From positions 1-61,490 of the forward strand of contig DATKIP010000113.1 of assembly GCA_035544015.1 (NCBI GenBank): DNA of 61,490 nucleotides. The letters run 5' to 3'. The position numbers were made by a program, and so were the translations under genes. Positions 7,312-16,739 of the stretch are shown piece after piece (positions within the stretch are counted from its first letter, which is position 1; every line of letters begins with the position of its first letter). Origin of the DNA: Candidatus Saccharimonadia bacterium (GTDB taxonomy: Bacteria > Patescibacteriota > Saccharimonadia > UBA4664). The notes below the pieces were generated by a model. That model was not told where the DNA came from. It saw only the letters and a program-made list of their open reading frames with translations, and made no database searches.

Positions 7312-9317
7312 GCCGCCGTCTCCCCGTCCACCACCGTCTCGGGCGCCACGTGCCGCACCCACATGCTCCAGGAGTCGCGATAGATCTGCTCCAATTCTCG
7401 CGTGTACGCCACCGGATCGCCCACCGTGCAGCCCGTGATCCGCGCCGGCAGTCCGGCCCGTAGCTCGGACAGGTCGCTCTGTGCCTTCTCCACCGCGATC
7501 GCGACGTATCGCTCAGGGGTATCTGCAATCCAGTCGGTCATCCCGAGCGACGTTAGGATAGACGCACTGACCCGAGATGGCGCGCGCGGACCGATCAACG
7601 TCACGCACGGCACGCCCATCATGGCAGCCTCAAGCGTGGTGATCCCGCCGACGTGAGGCCACGAGTCCAGCATGATGTCGATCTCACTGTACTGGCGGAT
7701 ATGCTCGTCGCGCGGGGTGTGACCCCGGGTCTCGACGCGATCGGGGCTGATGCCGTGCGCTGCGAACTTCGCCCGAAGCCGTTCGGCCGTCTCGCCCTCC
7801 AGGCCGCCGAACTTCAGCACGATCCGCGAGTCCGGTAGGCGCTTCATGACCTCGCACCAGAGGCCAAGGATCGGGTCGCTGATCTTCTCGACGCGGTTAT
7901 ACGACCCAAACGTCACGTAGCCGTTCTTCAGAACCGGCGGCGGCCCCGGAAGTGGGAGCTCCAGCATCGGATCAAACGTCAGTAGGCTGGACATCCTGAC
8001 GATCGTCTCGGTGTAGCCGTGCTCCAATTCGGGCGGCACGAACACATCGTCAGCCAGGAACAGGTCCATGCACTCCAGGCCGGTGCCGGTGGCGTAGCCC
8101 CAGGCGTGCACCTGAATCGGGGCCGGCTTGTGGCAGAACGTCAGCAGCCGTCCGCCGCTGGTGTAGGATGCGCAGTCCACCAGGATGTCGATCTGCCGGG
8201 CCCTGATCTCAGCGGCCAGCACGTCGTCGGGCATGCTGGCCGTCATCACCCACTCCTTGAGAGCGGGCGCTTCGCGAATCTTCGCCGAGATCTCGTCCTC
8301 GTACCTGTTACCGGCGAACACGTAGACCTCGATCTGCTCGGGGTCGTGGGCCCGGATCACCGGGCAGTGGATGTGACCGGCCGAATGCTGGCGGAAGTCG
8401 GCCCCGACGTAGCCGACCTTGAGCTTCCGCGTCAGACTGCGGTCGTTCTCGTGGGACCGCCACTGGCGCTTCAGCGGCTGCTCGAACACGTACGAGAAGT
8501 GCCGCCGGCGGCAGAGCGCCTCCAGCAGCGTCGTTTCGGGCAGCAGGTCCAGGAACATGACCATATTGCCGTAGAGCGCGGCGTTGGTCGGCACCAACTC
8601 CACGGCCCGCTGCGTGACGCCCATCGCCTCGTGGTTGCGGCCCATCAGGTTGTAGATCGCACCGAGGTTCGACCAGGCCATGTAATCCTGGCCTTGAGAC
8701 ACTTCGATGGCCCGCTGCTGCGAGCCGGCCGCCTCTTCCAGGTGCCAGTCGGCCCGGAGCGCCACGCCGTAGTTGATGAGCGCCATCGCGTTGGTGCCGT
8801 TCGACTGCCTGACCGCCTGCTCGCCGTAGGAGAGTGCCTTCTCATTGTCGCCCTGCGCCGAGTAGGCCGCGCACAAGTTGGCCATCGCGGCGTAGTTCTT
8901 ACCTGTCTCGACGGCCCGCTCGGCGGAGGCAATGGCTTCGTCCACGCGGCCCATCCGAGAGAGCGCGGCCGATCGGTTGTTGTGGGCATCGGACCAGGAG
9001 GGGCGCAGGCCGATGGCCACGTCGAAGTTCTGGACGGCCAGGTCCGGGCGGCCGACCTCCAGCATCACGCTGCCGCAGTGGAACTGGATCTCCGGATTGG
9101 TCGGCCAGAGCTTGACGGCCTGCTGGAGCACATTCGCTGCCATCGGGAAGGCCCGGAACTGCACCAGTGTGGCCGCCTGGTCCATCAGTTTGGCCGCTGC
9201 CTGCTGCTGGGAGTTGAGGACGGCCGCTTTCGGTTTCTGGGGCTGCTCCCAGAACTGCGGGGCCGGCTTCATCGCCCGATCCAGGATGGCGTCGAGAGAT
9301 CGACTCACCACGCCCAC
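7308..9317 (-). CDS. TPR-repeat + GT41 (O-GlcNAc transferase / SPINDLY-family) glycosyltransferase, 669 aa
   Basis: The N-terminal roughly 260 aa are TPR repeats (e.g. AVKLWPTNPEIQFHCGSVMLEVGRPDLAVQNFDVAIGLRPSWSDAHNNRSAAL). The C-terminal part matches the COG3914/GT41 pattern: KVGYVGADFRQHSAGH...IDILVDCASYTSGGRLLTFCHKPAPIQVHAWGYATGTG...VTFGSYNRVEKI...DIMLDSWPHVGGITTLEAAMMGVP. Confidence 0.85.
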   Translation of the reverse strand: MGVVSRSLDAILDRAMKPAPQFWEQPQKPKAAVLNSQQQAAAKLMDQAATLVQFRAFPMAANVLQQAVKLWPTNPEIQFHCGSVMLEVGRPDLAVQNFDVAIGLRPSWSDAHNNRSAALSRMGRVDEAIASAERAVETGKNYAAMANLCAAYSAQGDNEKALSYGEQAVRQSNGTNAMALINYGVALRADWHLEEAAGSQQRAIEVSQGQDYMAWSNLGAIYNLMGRNHEAMGVTQRAVELVPTNAALYGNMVMFLDLLPETTLLEALCRRRHFSYVFEQPLKRQWRSHENDRSLTRKLKVGYVGADFRQHSAGHIHCPVIRAHDPEQIEVYVFAGNRYEDEISAKIREAPALKEWVMTASMPDDVLAAEIRARQIDILVDCASYTSGGRLLTFCHKPAPIQVHAWGYATGTGLECMDLFLADDVFVPPELEHGYTETIVRMSSLLTFDPMLELPLPGPPPVLKNGYVTFGSYNRVEKISDPILGLWCEVMKRLPDSRIVLKFGGLEGETAERLRAKFAAHGISPDRVETRGHTPRDEHIRQYSEIDIMLDSWPHVGGITTLEAAMMGVPCVTLIGPRAPSRVSASILTSLGMTDWIADTPERYVAIAVEKAQSDLSELRAGLPARITGCTVGDPVAYTRELEQIYRDSWSMWVRHVAPETVVDGETAA

Positions 9318-9487
9318 TGCTCCAGTAGATCCTCGTGATCCATCTTCCGCATACTGGTGAGATACTGCTCCTGGCTCTTTCTCTCCCGCTCAAGTTGCTC
9401 CGTCATACCAAAGCCCCGCCAGAATCCTTCTCGGTAGATCGAATCCACGTAGCCCTTCCAGAGCATCTTGCGGTAGAGCTCTCTCAA
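9305..9487 (-). CDS. Hypothetical protein, 60 aa
   Basis: Track ORF. The TTG start overlaps the upstream stop (TTGA). Confidence 0.5.
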   Translation of the reverse strand: MRELYRKMLWKGYVDSIYREGFWRGFGMTEQLERERKSQEQYLTSMRKMDHEDLLEQWAW

Positions 9488-11469
9488 GCAACCCTCCGTC
9501 CGCGCTGAAGCAGCCCAGAGCCCGCGAGCGCCTGCGCGATCACATCACGCGGCGCCCCCATGCTGACCAGCCGCGCTGCTGCCTCGACAGGATCGAAGCC
9601 CCCGCCGGCAGCGCCGGCCAGCAATGAGTCCATCGGGCCGCCCTGGCCGGGTTGTGGGCTCGACGGCTGGTCACCGCCGACCGCCGATGACGCGAACGAC
9701 GACAGTGGCCCCTGCCCGAGCGGGGCCTTTTGCATGTCGCCCTGATCCTGCTGCGGGTACGGGTTCTGGCCCGGGATGATGTTGTACTTGTAGGGCTGAT
9801 ACTGTGACTGCTGGTAGTTCGGATCGGTAACGGTTGGGTCAGTAGGCACCTGGATCGGGAGCATGCCATCGGTCGGCAAGTCGCTCGGGATGGGGTTAGC
9901 TCCCGGCAGAATACCCCCACTGGGTGCCGGCGGCAGCGGCGCAGCGGGTTGCCACATCGGTGCCGTCCCTGGCGCCACTGGTGGCTGCCAGACGCTGCCG
10001 TCCTGTCCGGCCGGTCCCGCGTTCGCTGCTGCCTGCGCATTACTAGGTGGCGGCCCGGCCGGAGGTGTCGCCATCGCGGGGGCGGGCGCAGCAGCAACCG
10101 GCACGGCCGGTGCTGGCGGGGGTGCTGCATTCGGCGCGATGCTGCCGGGCACGGCGCCCAATCCGAGCGCGGGTGCTGGCGCTGGCGCGCCCGGCGGCTG
10201 GTACGGCTCGGGGGTCGGCCCGGTAGCCGCAGCCTGCTCCTTGGCTGCCGGTGGCTGGGCCGTGGCTGCACTCTGGGCGCTCGCGATCTGGAACATGGGA
10301 TGCAGGCCCGGGAGTTGCGGGGTCTTCGCCGTTCGCTCCTCGCGGTTCTTGTTCATCTCCCAGAGCAAGCCAGGGATGACGTTCTTCAGGCTGCCCGAGT
10401 CGGGGTCGAACCCGCCCTTGCTGGTTAGCGTCGAGAACGCCCCGAGCGCCGACGTGAAGTCTGATGCCGCCTCCTCGCTTCTGGTGTTGCGGAGCCCCGC
10501 CTCGTCCTGCTGGCGCTGACGAATGACCGTGTTGGCGTTCGCCACGTTCGTGATGGCCGTGCCAGCCCGCCCATGCGCTTCCTTGACAGCGTTGTCGTAG
10601 TCGTCCTGCGTGATGCCGCCCTGCTCGGCAGGGAGCCCGATCTTCTGACGCTGACGAGCGGCCCACGCGCCAACACCGACATCCAACCCTGGATCGTCAA
10701 AGTTGATCTCGAACGGGTCCACGTTCTTGAGCGTGACGCCGGGCTTCGGCACTTCGATCGTGACGAATGAGGGTGGCTGCTTCGGGTCGGCCGCGTTCGG
10801 CTGCCACACGCCCCACTGACCGTTGACCTGGACGGGCTTCGGAGCGGCGGCTCCTGGCGCGTTGGCAATCGGCGCCCAGACCGGCGGGTTCTTCGTCGTG
10901 TCGAAGTACCCCCACGAGCCGTCAGGAGCCTGCTGGGGCTTCGGGGCATTCTGGCGGGCCTGATCCTCACGAGCCCGTGTGTCGGCTTCATCCTGGCGCG
11001 ACCGCTGCCTGGCGGCCTCCGCATCGGAGCCCTGCTGCTTGATCCGCGCGTCTGCCCGCGTTCGGCGTTCGGCGTCGGTCTCGTAGGCCGGGTCTTGATT
11101 GGCCGGTAGCGCGGCGTTCTTCTCGCGCTGGCGCTGAAGCTCAGCGGCGTTCTTCTTCTCGGGAGTGTCGTCGGCTGGCCTGCCAGGGTTGGCATCACCC
11201 TGGTTCACGATGTCGAAATCACCGTCAGGGCGCCGGCGCACATTGAGCACTGCGCCAGTCGGCTTCCCCTCACCGTCAACGGCCGTCCACTTCTCTTCGC
11301 TGATCTCGATGGTGGCCGGTGCGGTCGGGTCGTAGTCGGGGTTGTCCGTGCCATCCGCTCGCGTGAGTTGCTTTGCTGGGTTCGCGACCTTCTGCGTGGA
11401 CCGGCTGTACTGGACCCGCTTGTCCCCACCCTGCTGGGCGATCCACTTCTCGACATCCTGCTGGTTCAC
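9484..11469 (-). CDS. Internal virion/ejection-type protein, 661 aa, with long Pro/Ala/Gln-rich low-complexity regions
   Basis: Track ORF with an ATGA-type overlap to the giant upstream gene. The function call rests on composition and position only. Confidence 0.7.
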   Translation of the reverse strand: MNQQDVEKWIAQQGGDKRVQYSRSTQKVANPAKQLTRADGTDNPDYDPTAPATIEISEEKWTAVDGEGKPTGAVLNVRRRPDGDFDIVNQGDANPGRPADDTPEKKNAAELQRQREKNAALPANQDPAYETDAERRTRADARIKQQGSDAEAARQRSRQDEADTRAREDQARQNAPKPQQAPDGSWGYFDTTKNPPVWAPIANAPGAAAPKPVQVNGQWGVWQPNAADPKQPPSFVTIEVPKPGVTLKNVDPFEINFDDPGLDVGVGAWAARQRQKIGLPAEQGGITQDDYDNAVKEAHGRAGTAITNVANANTVIRQRQQDEAGLRNTRSEEAASDFTSALGAFSTLTSKGGFDPDSGSLKNVIPGLLWEMNKNREERTAKTPQLPGLHPMFQIASAQSAATAQPPAAKEQAAATGPTPEPYQPPGAPAPAPALGLGAVPGSIAPNAAPPPAPAVPVAAAPAPAMATPPAGPPPSNAQAAANAGPAGQDGSVWQPPVAPGTAPMWQPAAPLPPAPSGGILPGANPIPSDLPTDGMLPIQVPTDPTVTDPNYQQSQYQPYKYNIIPGQNPYPQQDQGDMQKAPLGQGPLSSFASSAVGGDQPSSPQPGQGGPMDSLLAGAAGGGFDPVEAAARLVSMGAPRDVIAQALAGSGLLQRGRRVA

Positions 11470-14400
11470 GGTGCCCCCGATCTCAGCGTCTCACGCTGCT
11501 GCTGGCGTGCTTCAAGGACACGGCGGCGGATATCCCCCGCGCCGATCGACTGCATGAGCCGCTGGTCGGCCGCATCGTTGGCCTGGCGCAGCAGATCCTC
11601 CATTGCCACCTTCCGAGCTTCGGGATTCGACCAGAAGGTGCGGCTGGTCAGGTTACCGCTGAAGCGCTGGAGGATCTCGCCGCGATAGGTATTCCAGCGT
11701 CGCGTCTCGTCTGGTGTCAGATCCATCGGGATGGTGTCGACGGTCAGCTTCGTCTTCGGAAACCCGATGTCCACGCCAGCGTCAAGGAACGCCTTGACGG
11801 TCGGGTCGGGCTTCTCTGCCGACGTCCGCGCGAACACGGCCTTGACGCCCTGTTGTTGGTTCTCCTGGGGCCGCCCGAGCACGTCCTGCGCGATCGGCAG
11901 CCCGCCGCGTGCCCCGATGCCGCTCTGGACCTGCTGGCTGATAGTCGTCGAGGCTGGCGTGTTCTTCCCCGAGTCGACCGTCCGCTCGTTCGGGTCCAGG
12001 GCCGTGCCGATGGTCCGAGCAGTCGCGGCGTACGGAACCATGCGGGTGATCGTTGAGGATGCGTACCGCTCAGCGGCCGATCCCAGGCCGCCGCCATACC
12101 CGGCCTGGATTGTCTGCATGATGCTGGAGATGCCCTGGAGGTACGGCTGCTGCTGGAGCTGCTGGCCGAGGCGCCCGGCGTAGTTACTGGCAATGCTGGT
12201 CGGGCTCTTGTCCTTGCTGTAGGCGATCGAGTCGTGAACGTCAGCCGCCGCGTTCAGCAGTGGCGCGTAGATGCCCATCACGCGGTTCGGGACGTACACC
12301 CCATCGATCAGCGTCGAGTACGGACGCCAGCCCTGCGAGCGCATCTCCGCTTTCTTCTGCGGGTCGTCGGGGCCACCTCCCGTGATGACGCCGCTTGCGA
12401 CCGGCCCGGCCGCCAACCCGATCATGAGTGCCGACCCCAGCGTGGCATCGTACATCTTGTCGAACTTCGAGCCCTGGCTATTCATCGCGAAGCCGATCGG
12501 CGAGCGCTCGGCCAATCGGGTGTTCATGTTCCAGGGGGTGTTGAAGAACGGCGTCACGAGGTTCCCGACCACGGGCATGTTCCCGACCGTCGCGAAATTC
12601 CGCGCCTTCTTGCCGATGGTGCCGAGATCGTCCTGAAACGTCTGGCGCTTGGCGTAGGCCGCGCCCTCATCAATGACCGTTTGCGTGCCCGAGAGCGTCG
12701 GCAACTGACCCGCACGAACGTTCGCAGCGTCGGTCAGCAAGTCGTTGACGTGTTGCTTCCAGGCCGTGCCCTTCAGCCCGGCGTCCGTCGCCTGCTGCGC
12801 GGCTGCCCTGGCCTCGCCGGCTCCCTGGGCGATGGTCCCGAAGACGGCGTCAGGCAGCGCCGAGAAGACGCGCCCGCCGGCCTCCAGTCCTGTTGTGATG
12901 GCCTTGCCGATCGGATTCTGCGTCTGGGCCGAGAGCGGCTCATGCCCCGGCGTCGGCGCGTACTTGCCACTCGCGGTCAGCGCATCCACCATCGCCGAGC
13001 CGACCTGAGAGAGCCCGTGGAATGCACCAGCAGCCATCTCGCCCGGCTCCCGCAGCGCCGAGGCGTTCCCGGTGCTGATCGCCCTGGCAACGCCGCGTGT
13101 GGTCTCCTTCGGGATGGCGTAGAGCGGTTCCGCCACGTTGCCCGTCAGGTTCACGGTAAACGTCGCCGGGCCAATCATCGACGAGTACCCGGATTCGGCA
13201 AAGAGCTTGCGCACCCATTGGAGCGGAGAAAGTCCGGGCGACGCCTGCCGCTGCGCTCGCTGGACGGCGCGCTGCACGGCGTTCGGGTTGAAGCCACCGG
13301 CACCCGGCGCCTGCCCAAACATCGCCAGCAGGCCACTATCCGCGCCGGCCGTGCCCCCCTGTCTCGCTGCAATCGCCCGCATGCCCTTCGTGATGGCGTA
13401 CGGCGCGACGGCCCCCACCGCAAAGCCCTTGACGCCCGCGTACGGGTCGTCTGGGTTCATCTCCTGGTTGACGGCCGCGCCGACCCCGCCCGAGACGGAC
13501 GACGCCACCCCCTGCCCGAGCACGCGGTTCACGGCAGACAGGCGGTCGGGAGCGGCGGATGGGGGGAGGGTGCCGGCTGTCACCGACGCGGTTTGAGAAC
13601 CCGGCGCGTAGCGAACAGCATTCCCCATCTCGTTGGTTGTGTAGGCTAGTGTCCTCTCGATGCGATCCACTGGAATCGGCTTCGGGGTCTTGATGTACCC
13701 GTCGTGGTCAAGGCGCCAACCGTCTTGCGGGTCCACGCGGATTCGGACAGCCACAGCCTCGCCGTTCTTCGGATTGTAGAACGGCGACGGCTCAAATGTA
13801 CTCGCGACAGTGCCCTCACGGGCGTCGAGGTTCAGGCGTCCGTCCGACTGAAGGAAGCCGCGACGGAGTGAGCCCTCGTAGTCCTCGCGAGAAATCACTC
13901 GATAGACAGCATCGAGCGGTTGGCGAGTGCCCGGGATCTCCTCAGCGTTCCCGAAGAAATTCGGACGGTACTGCGCCATCTCGGGGCCATTCGGGCCTTC
14001 CGTCACGCGCCACTCAGCCGCCCGCGCTCTCGTTACCTGCCGACCTGTGGAGTCCGTATATGGCTCAGTGATCGGCTCCTCGCGCGGGCGCACGCCCAGA
14101 TCCTCAGTGAGCCGGCTTTCCCAGATATCACGCGGTGTTCTCGGCGCCTCATCCGGCACCACCCCGAACCCGGCATTGAGTCGGCTACTGGTGTCCACCT
14201 GTGGCGTGATCTCAGGGCCGATGCCGGCCGCTCGCAGATCGGGATGCACAGCCTCGCGCGGCATCCTGGAGTCGCGGATCATCTCAGCAGACGCCTCACC
14301 GAGGGCGCCCTGCTCGAAATCGCCTATCCGTCCCTTGATGGGCGGGTACGGGCGTCCGAACTCCTCCGGGATCTGCCCGAGTACCCCAGGAGCCACCGTC

Positions 14401-16553
14401 GAGCCTTCAGCAGCCATCCTGGCGTCAGCAGCAGCCACGTTCTCGGCGTTGCGGGCCATCCACTGCCCGAAGCGCTCGGCCGGCACACCATCCTTGATCG
14501 CCTGAAGAATAGGCCCGCCCAGTCGTCCGCCAACCTTGATCGCGCCATAGCCCAGCCGCGCGGCGTCGCGAACGAGCGCGGCTGTCATGATGGCGTCGCC
14601 CAACCCGACCTCGCCCACAATGGGGAAGTTGCCTTTCGGCACCATCTCGTTCAACTGCCGGGCTAGCGTGGTGGACGGCGCCAGGTCGCCGACGACCCCG
14701 AGCGCACCCATCGCCGCCTCGCCGTAGTTGCCCTCGGCAACTCCTGACTGTGCGGCGCCAATGTTCCGGCCGAGCGAGCGCCCGGTCTCCACAATAGCGC
14801 GGTCGATGGTGGTCTCAGGCTGGCCCGAGTCCGGCAGTGGCGGCTTGCCGAGTAGTGGGCGCGTCACGGCGTTGGCGATGCCCCGGCCGATCGGGGTTGC
14901 GATACCCTCGGTGGCGACGGTGTTGCCGATATCCTGCACGGCGCCCTGGACATACCCGACAATGGCGCCGCCAGCGTCGTAGAGCGGCTTGAACGGGCTC
15001 TTGGGTTGTGCTGGCTGCTCCGGCCCGGCCTGCTCGAGCGGAGGCCCGTATGTCGGGCGTACGTCATTTGACGTACTCGGTGGCGTGTATGGAACCTGGG
15101 GCTCGTCGCGGGCGTCGCCGTAGGTGGACGGTACATCCGGCGGTACACTTACGGACCTCTGGGGGTACGCCTGAGGGGTCACCGGCGTACCGGCCGGCGG
15201 TACATCAGACGGTACGGCTTCCCACCGTCCGCTATCAGCGTCCCTCGGATCGTACTCCGCGCCGGTCGCCGTGTCCGGCCCCATCGTCGCGGCGAGCGGC
15301 TGGCGCTGCATATCCCCCATGTACCACGCGGACGAGCCCGGGGGTGGCCCGGTCTCCCCGTTGGCCGGGTCATAGGGCACATCGTTGCGCAGTGGCGGGG
15401 GAACAGGCTCGTTTGGGTCAGAGAGCCGCTGGACGTAGCGCTCGGAGTCGCTGGCATCCTCCGGCATCGGATGGGCGTCACCGAGCGCCATGCGTAGCGA
15501 GTCGCCCTGGGCGCTCTCCTGCGGCGTCGAGAGCACGGTCAGATCAGCCGCGCCGCCCGGCCGCTTCCTGAACGCCTCCGGGGTCATCGTGAACGTGTTA
15601 CCCCACTGGTCACGGACGGTGTACAGGCCAGAGGAGCCCCCGGCTGCCGGGGGAGTACCAGCAGCCGGGGGCGCAGGTGGGGCAGCCGGCGCAGGGTTCG
15701 CGGCCCCAGCGCCGGCGTTCGGAGATGCGCCGCCGTACTTCGAGGCGGCCTGACGGAAGAGTCGGACGTACTCGTGACCGTCCACCGATGAGCCGTCAGT
15801 GGCGCTGGTGACATTGCCCTGGCCGTCGATCGCCCCAAAGTACGCTGCTGCTGCCTTATCGGGGTCGCCGTACCGCCGCAGGGCGTCGCCGTAGACCTTG
15901 GCCCCCCGGAAGATGTTGGTACGCGGGTCTTTCGGGTTCTCGCCGGGCTTGAAGTGGAACGGCATCACCTGCATCAGCGACTGCGCACCGGCCGACGACA
16001 CGGCCTCGGGATCGCCGCCCGACTCGATCTCCATCAGCCCCTTGATCGCCCACTCGGGGACGTTCTCGGCGCGCGCCGCCTCAGCGACGATGGACGACCA
16101 GCGCTCGACATCGGGGCTGCCTGTGCCGCTTGACGGGGCATAAGAGGAAGGGGTTAGCGCAGCCGAGGGCGTTGGCAATCCGTTGGCGTTGGCGTTGGCG
16201 TTTTCACCAACGGGTGTTGGTGTTGGGCCAACGGGCTGCTTCGGAGCACTAACCCCCAGGCTCTCCAGGCTCGGGAGCGCCCACGATGGCGCGGTGTCGG
16301 CCACGGCCTGACGGGCGCGCTGAGGAACGCTGCCGAGCGCCGACATGACGGACGACGGTGCACCCGTGACGCCCAGACTTTCGAGGCTCGGAAGCTGCCA
16401 GGACGGCTGTTCGGGCTCAGGCTGGGGATCTGGCGTCGGGTTGATGGCCTGCGCGTACCGCTGCGTCACGTCGTCGACCAGCGACACCGTGCGCGCCCCG
16501 GCGGCAGCGGCATCGTTCTGGTTGAGCGTGCGGCGCGGCAGATAGAGCGGCAT
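11466..16553 (-). CDS. Giant internal virion protein with an SLT lytic transglycosylase domain, 1695 aa
   Basis: Track ORF 11466..16661. I prefer the ATG at 16553 (MPLYLPRRTL), one nt after the upstream stop. SLT signature WAIKGLMEIESGGDPEAVSSAGAQSLMQVMPFHF lies about 200 aa from the N-terminus. Confidence 0.85.
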   Translation of the reverse strand: MPLYLPRRTLNQNDAAAAGARTVSLVDDVTQRYAQAINPTPDPQPEPEQPSWQLPSLESLGVTGAPSSVMSALGSVPQRARQAVADTAPSWALPSLESLGVSAPKQPVGPTPTPVGENANANANGLPTPSAALTPSSYAPSSGTGSPDVERWSSIVAEAARAENVPEWAIKGLMEIESGGDPEAVSSAGAQSLMQVMPFHFKPGENPKDPRTNIFRGAKVYGDALRRYGDPDKAAAAYFGAIDGQGNVTSATDGSSVDGHEYVRLFRQAASKYGGASPNAGAGAANPAPAAPPAPPAAGTPPAAGGSSGLYTVRDQWGNTFTMTPEAFRKRPGGAADLTVLSTPQESAQGDSLRMALGDAHPMPEDASDSERYVQRLSDPNEPVPPPLRNDVPYDPANGETGPPPGSSAWYMGDMQRQPLAATMGPDTATGAEYDPRDADSGRWEAVPSDVPPAGTPVTPQAYPQRSVSVPPDVPSTYGDARDEPQVPYTPPSTSNDVRPTYGPPLEQAGPEQPAQPKSPFKPLYDAGGAIVGYVQGAVQDIGNTVATEGIATPIGRGIANAVTRPLLGKPPLPDSGQPETTIDRAIVETGRSLGRNIGAAQSGVAEGNYGEAAMGALGVVGDLAPSTTLARQLNEMVPKGNFPIVGEVGLGDAIMTAALVRDAARLGYGAIKVGGRLGGPILQAIKDGVPAERFGQWMARNAENVAAADARMAAEGSTVAPGVLGQIPEEFGRPYPPIKGRIGDFEQGALGEASAEMIRDSRMPREAVHPDLRAAGIGPEITPQVDTSSRLNAGFGVVPDEAPRTPRDIWESRLTEDLGVRPREEPITEPYTDSTGRQVTRARAAEWRVTEGPNGPEMAQYRPNFFGNAEEIPGTRQPLDAVYRVISREDYEGSLRRGFLQSDGRLNLDAREGTVASTFEPSPFYNPKNGEAVAVRIRVDPQDGWRLDHDGYIKTPKPIPVDRIERTLAYTTNEMGNAVRYAPGSQTASVTAGTLPPSAAPDRLSAVNRVLGQGVASSVSGGVGAAVNQEMNPDDPYAGVKGFAVGAVAPYAITKGMRAIAARQGGTAGADSGLLAMFGQAPGAGGFNPNAVQRAVQRAQRQASPGLSPLQWVRKLFAESGYSSMIGPATFTVNLTGNVAEPLYAIPKETTRGVARAISTGNASALREPGEMAAGAFHGLSQVGSAMVDALTASGKYAPTPGHEPLSAQTQNPIGKAITTGLEAGGRVFSALPDAVFGTIAQGAGEARAAAQQATDAGLKGTAWKQHVNDLLTDAANVRAGQLPTLSGTQTVIDEGAAYAKRQTFQDDLGTIGKKARNFATVGNMPVVGNLVTPFFNTPWNMNTRLAERSPIGFAMNSQGSKFDKMYDATLGSALMIGLAAGPVASGVITGGGPDDPQKKAEMRSQGWRPYSTLIDGVYVPNRVMGIYAPLLNAAADVHDSIAYSKDKSPTSIASNYAGRLGQQLQQQPYLQGISSIMQTIQAGYGGGLGSAAERYASSTITRMVPYAATARTIGTALDPNERTVDSGKNTPASTTISQQVQSGIGARGGLPIAQDVLGRPQENQQQGVKAVFARTSAEKPDPTVKAFLDAGVDIGFPKTKLTVDTIPMDLTPDETRRWNTYRGEILQRFSGNLTSRTFWSNPEARKVAMEDLLRQANDAADQRLMQSIGAGDIRRRVLEARQQQRETLRSGAP

Positions 16554-16554
16554 G

Positions 16555-16722
16555 TCAGAACCCCAGGCGTCCCTTCGGTCGCGGCAGCACCTGATGTTCG
16601 CGATAGTCGCCGGCGCCATCGGGCACCAGGATGAACGGCGCGGCGTCGGGCTCACGCTCATTCACGCCATGCGCCGAGCCGCTCATGCGATCGTCAACCC
16701 AGAAGTCCTCATCCCAGGCCAC
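16555..16722 (-). CDS. Small protein, 55 aa
   Basis: Last 55 codons of track ORF 16555..17541. GTG at 16722 downstream of AAGGAG. Sequence (M)AWDEDFWVDDRMSGSAHGVNEREPDAAPFILVPDGAGDYREHQVLPRPKGRLGF with high GC3. The rest of the track ORF overlaps the SDR gene out of frame. Confidence 0.5.
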   Translation of the reverse strand: MAWDEDFWVDDRMSGSAHGVNEREPDAAPFILVPDGAGDYREHQVLPRPKGRLGF

Positions 16723-16739
16723 ATTGCGCTCGGGCTCCT

